DNA of 64,000 bases from Puniceicoccaceae bacterium (GTDB lineage: Bacteria > Verrucomicrobiota > Verrucomicrobiia > Opitutales > Oceanipulchritudinaceae), in the NCBI GenBank assembly GCA_040830765.1, contig JBFOMH010000018.1, forward strand, positions 59,418 to 123,417, written 5' to 3'. This document shows, piece by piece, positions 63,846-64,000 of this stretch (positions within the stretch are counted from its first letter, which is position 1; every line of letters begins with the position of its first letter). The notes under the pieces were generated by a model. It was not told the DNA's origin and searched no databases. It saw only the letters and a program-made list of their open reading frames with translations. A program made the position numbers and the translations under genes.

Positions 63846-64000
63846 ATGACGGTCCAACTGGAATCGTATTTCCAACCCACCGGCGACCAGCCAGAGGCCA
63901 TCGGCAAACTGCTGGATTGCCCGCCGTCCGGTAACAAGGACCAGACTCATTTCTGCGCCACCGGTCCGGGAAAGACCTCATCCACGGCCAATGCCATTCG
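63846..64000 (+). pseudogene. uvrB: Degenerate 5' fragment of uvrB (runs off the window)
   Basis: Translates MTVQLESYFQPTGDQPEAIGKLLDCPPSGNKDQTHFCATGPGKTSSTANAI, matching the UvrB N-terminus (P.GDQP.AI...QTLLGVTGSGKTFTMANVI) with many radical substitutions. Confidence 0.6.

Noticed and set aside
63846..64000. DGR-type adenine mutagenesis of uvrB
   Set aside because: Inferred changes also involve G, C and A positions, and no reverse transcriptase or template repeat is in the window.

Overview
A gene-dense, GC-rich bacterial chromosomal segment, probably Verrucomicrobiota/Opitutales (inferred from gene content and protein style, not proven). It carries about 50 CDS and no rRNA, tRNA, CRISPR array, integrase or transposase. 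Housekeeping genes: icd, trpD, glmM, menDB, pyrBC, tsaE, pcm, prc, tag, lnt, secA, tgt, metH, ileS-dksA-lspA, fabV. Accessory content: a 5'-truncated GH105-type hydrolase with a Trp-rich C-terminal tail; a GH88-like/TIM-barrel isomerase/Gfo-Idh-MocA/SDR sugar-acid operon with an XRE-cupin regulator divergent from eda; an orphan octaheme HAO-family cytochrome that appears to lack both the catalytic His and the cross-link Tyr; a signal-peptide NiSOD; a PD-(D/E)XK nuclease-DinG helicase fusion lacking Fe-S cysteines; and a divergent methylmalonyl-CoA mutase / Na+-pumping decarboxylase cluster. Non-coding signals: a GTAG-type REP cluster, hexamer/heptamer intergenic tandem repeats, a recurring TTGCnn...TAnnnT...ATG spacing that suggests leaderless transcription, tandem 8-bp ATCATGAT boxes over the metH promoter, and a heavily substituted uvrB 5' fragment at the right edge. 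All functional calls come from motif recognition by eye; no database searches were run.
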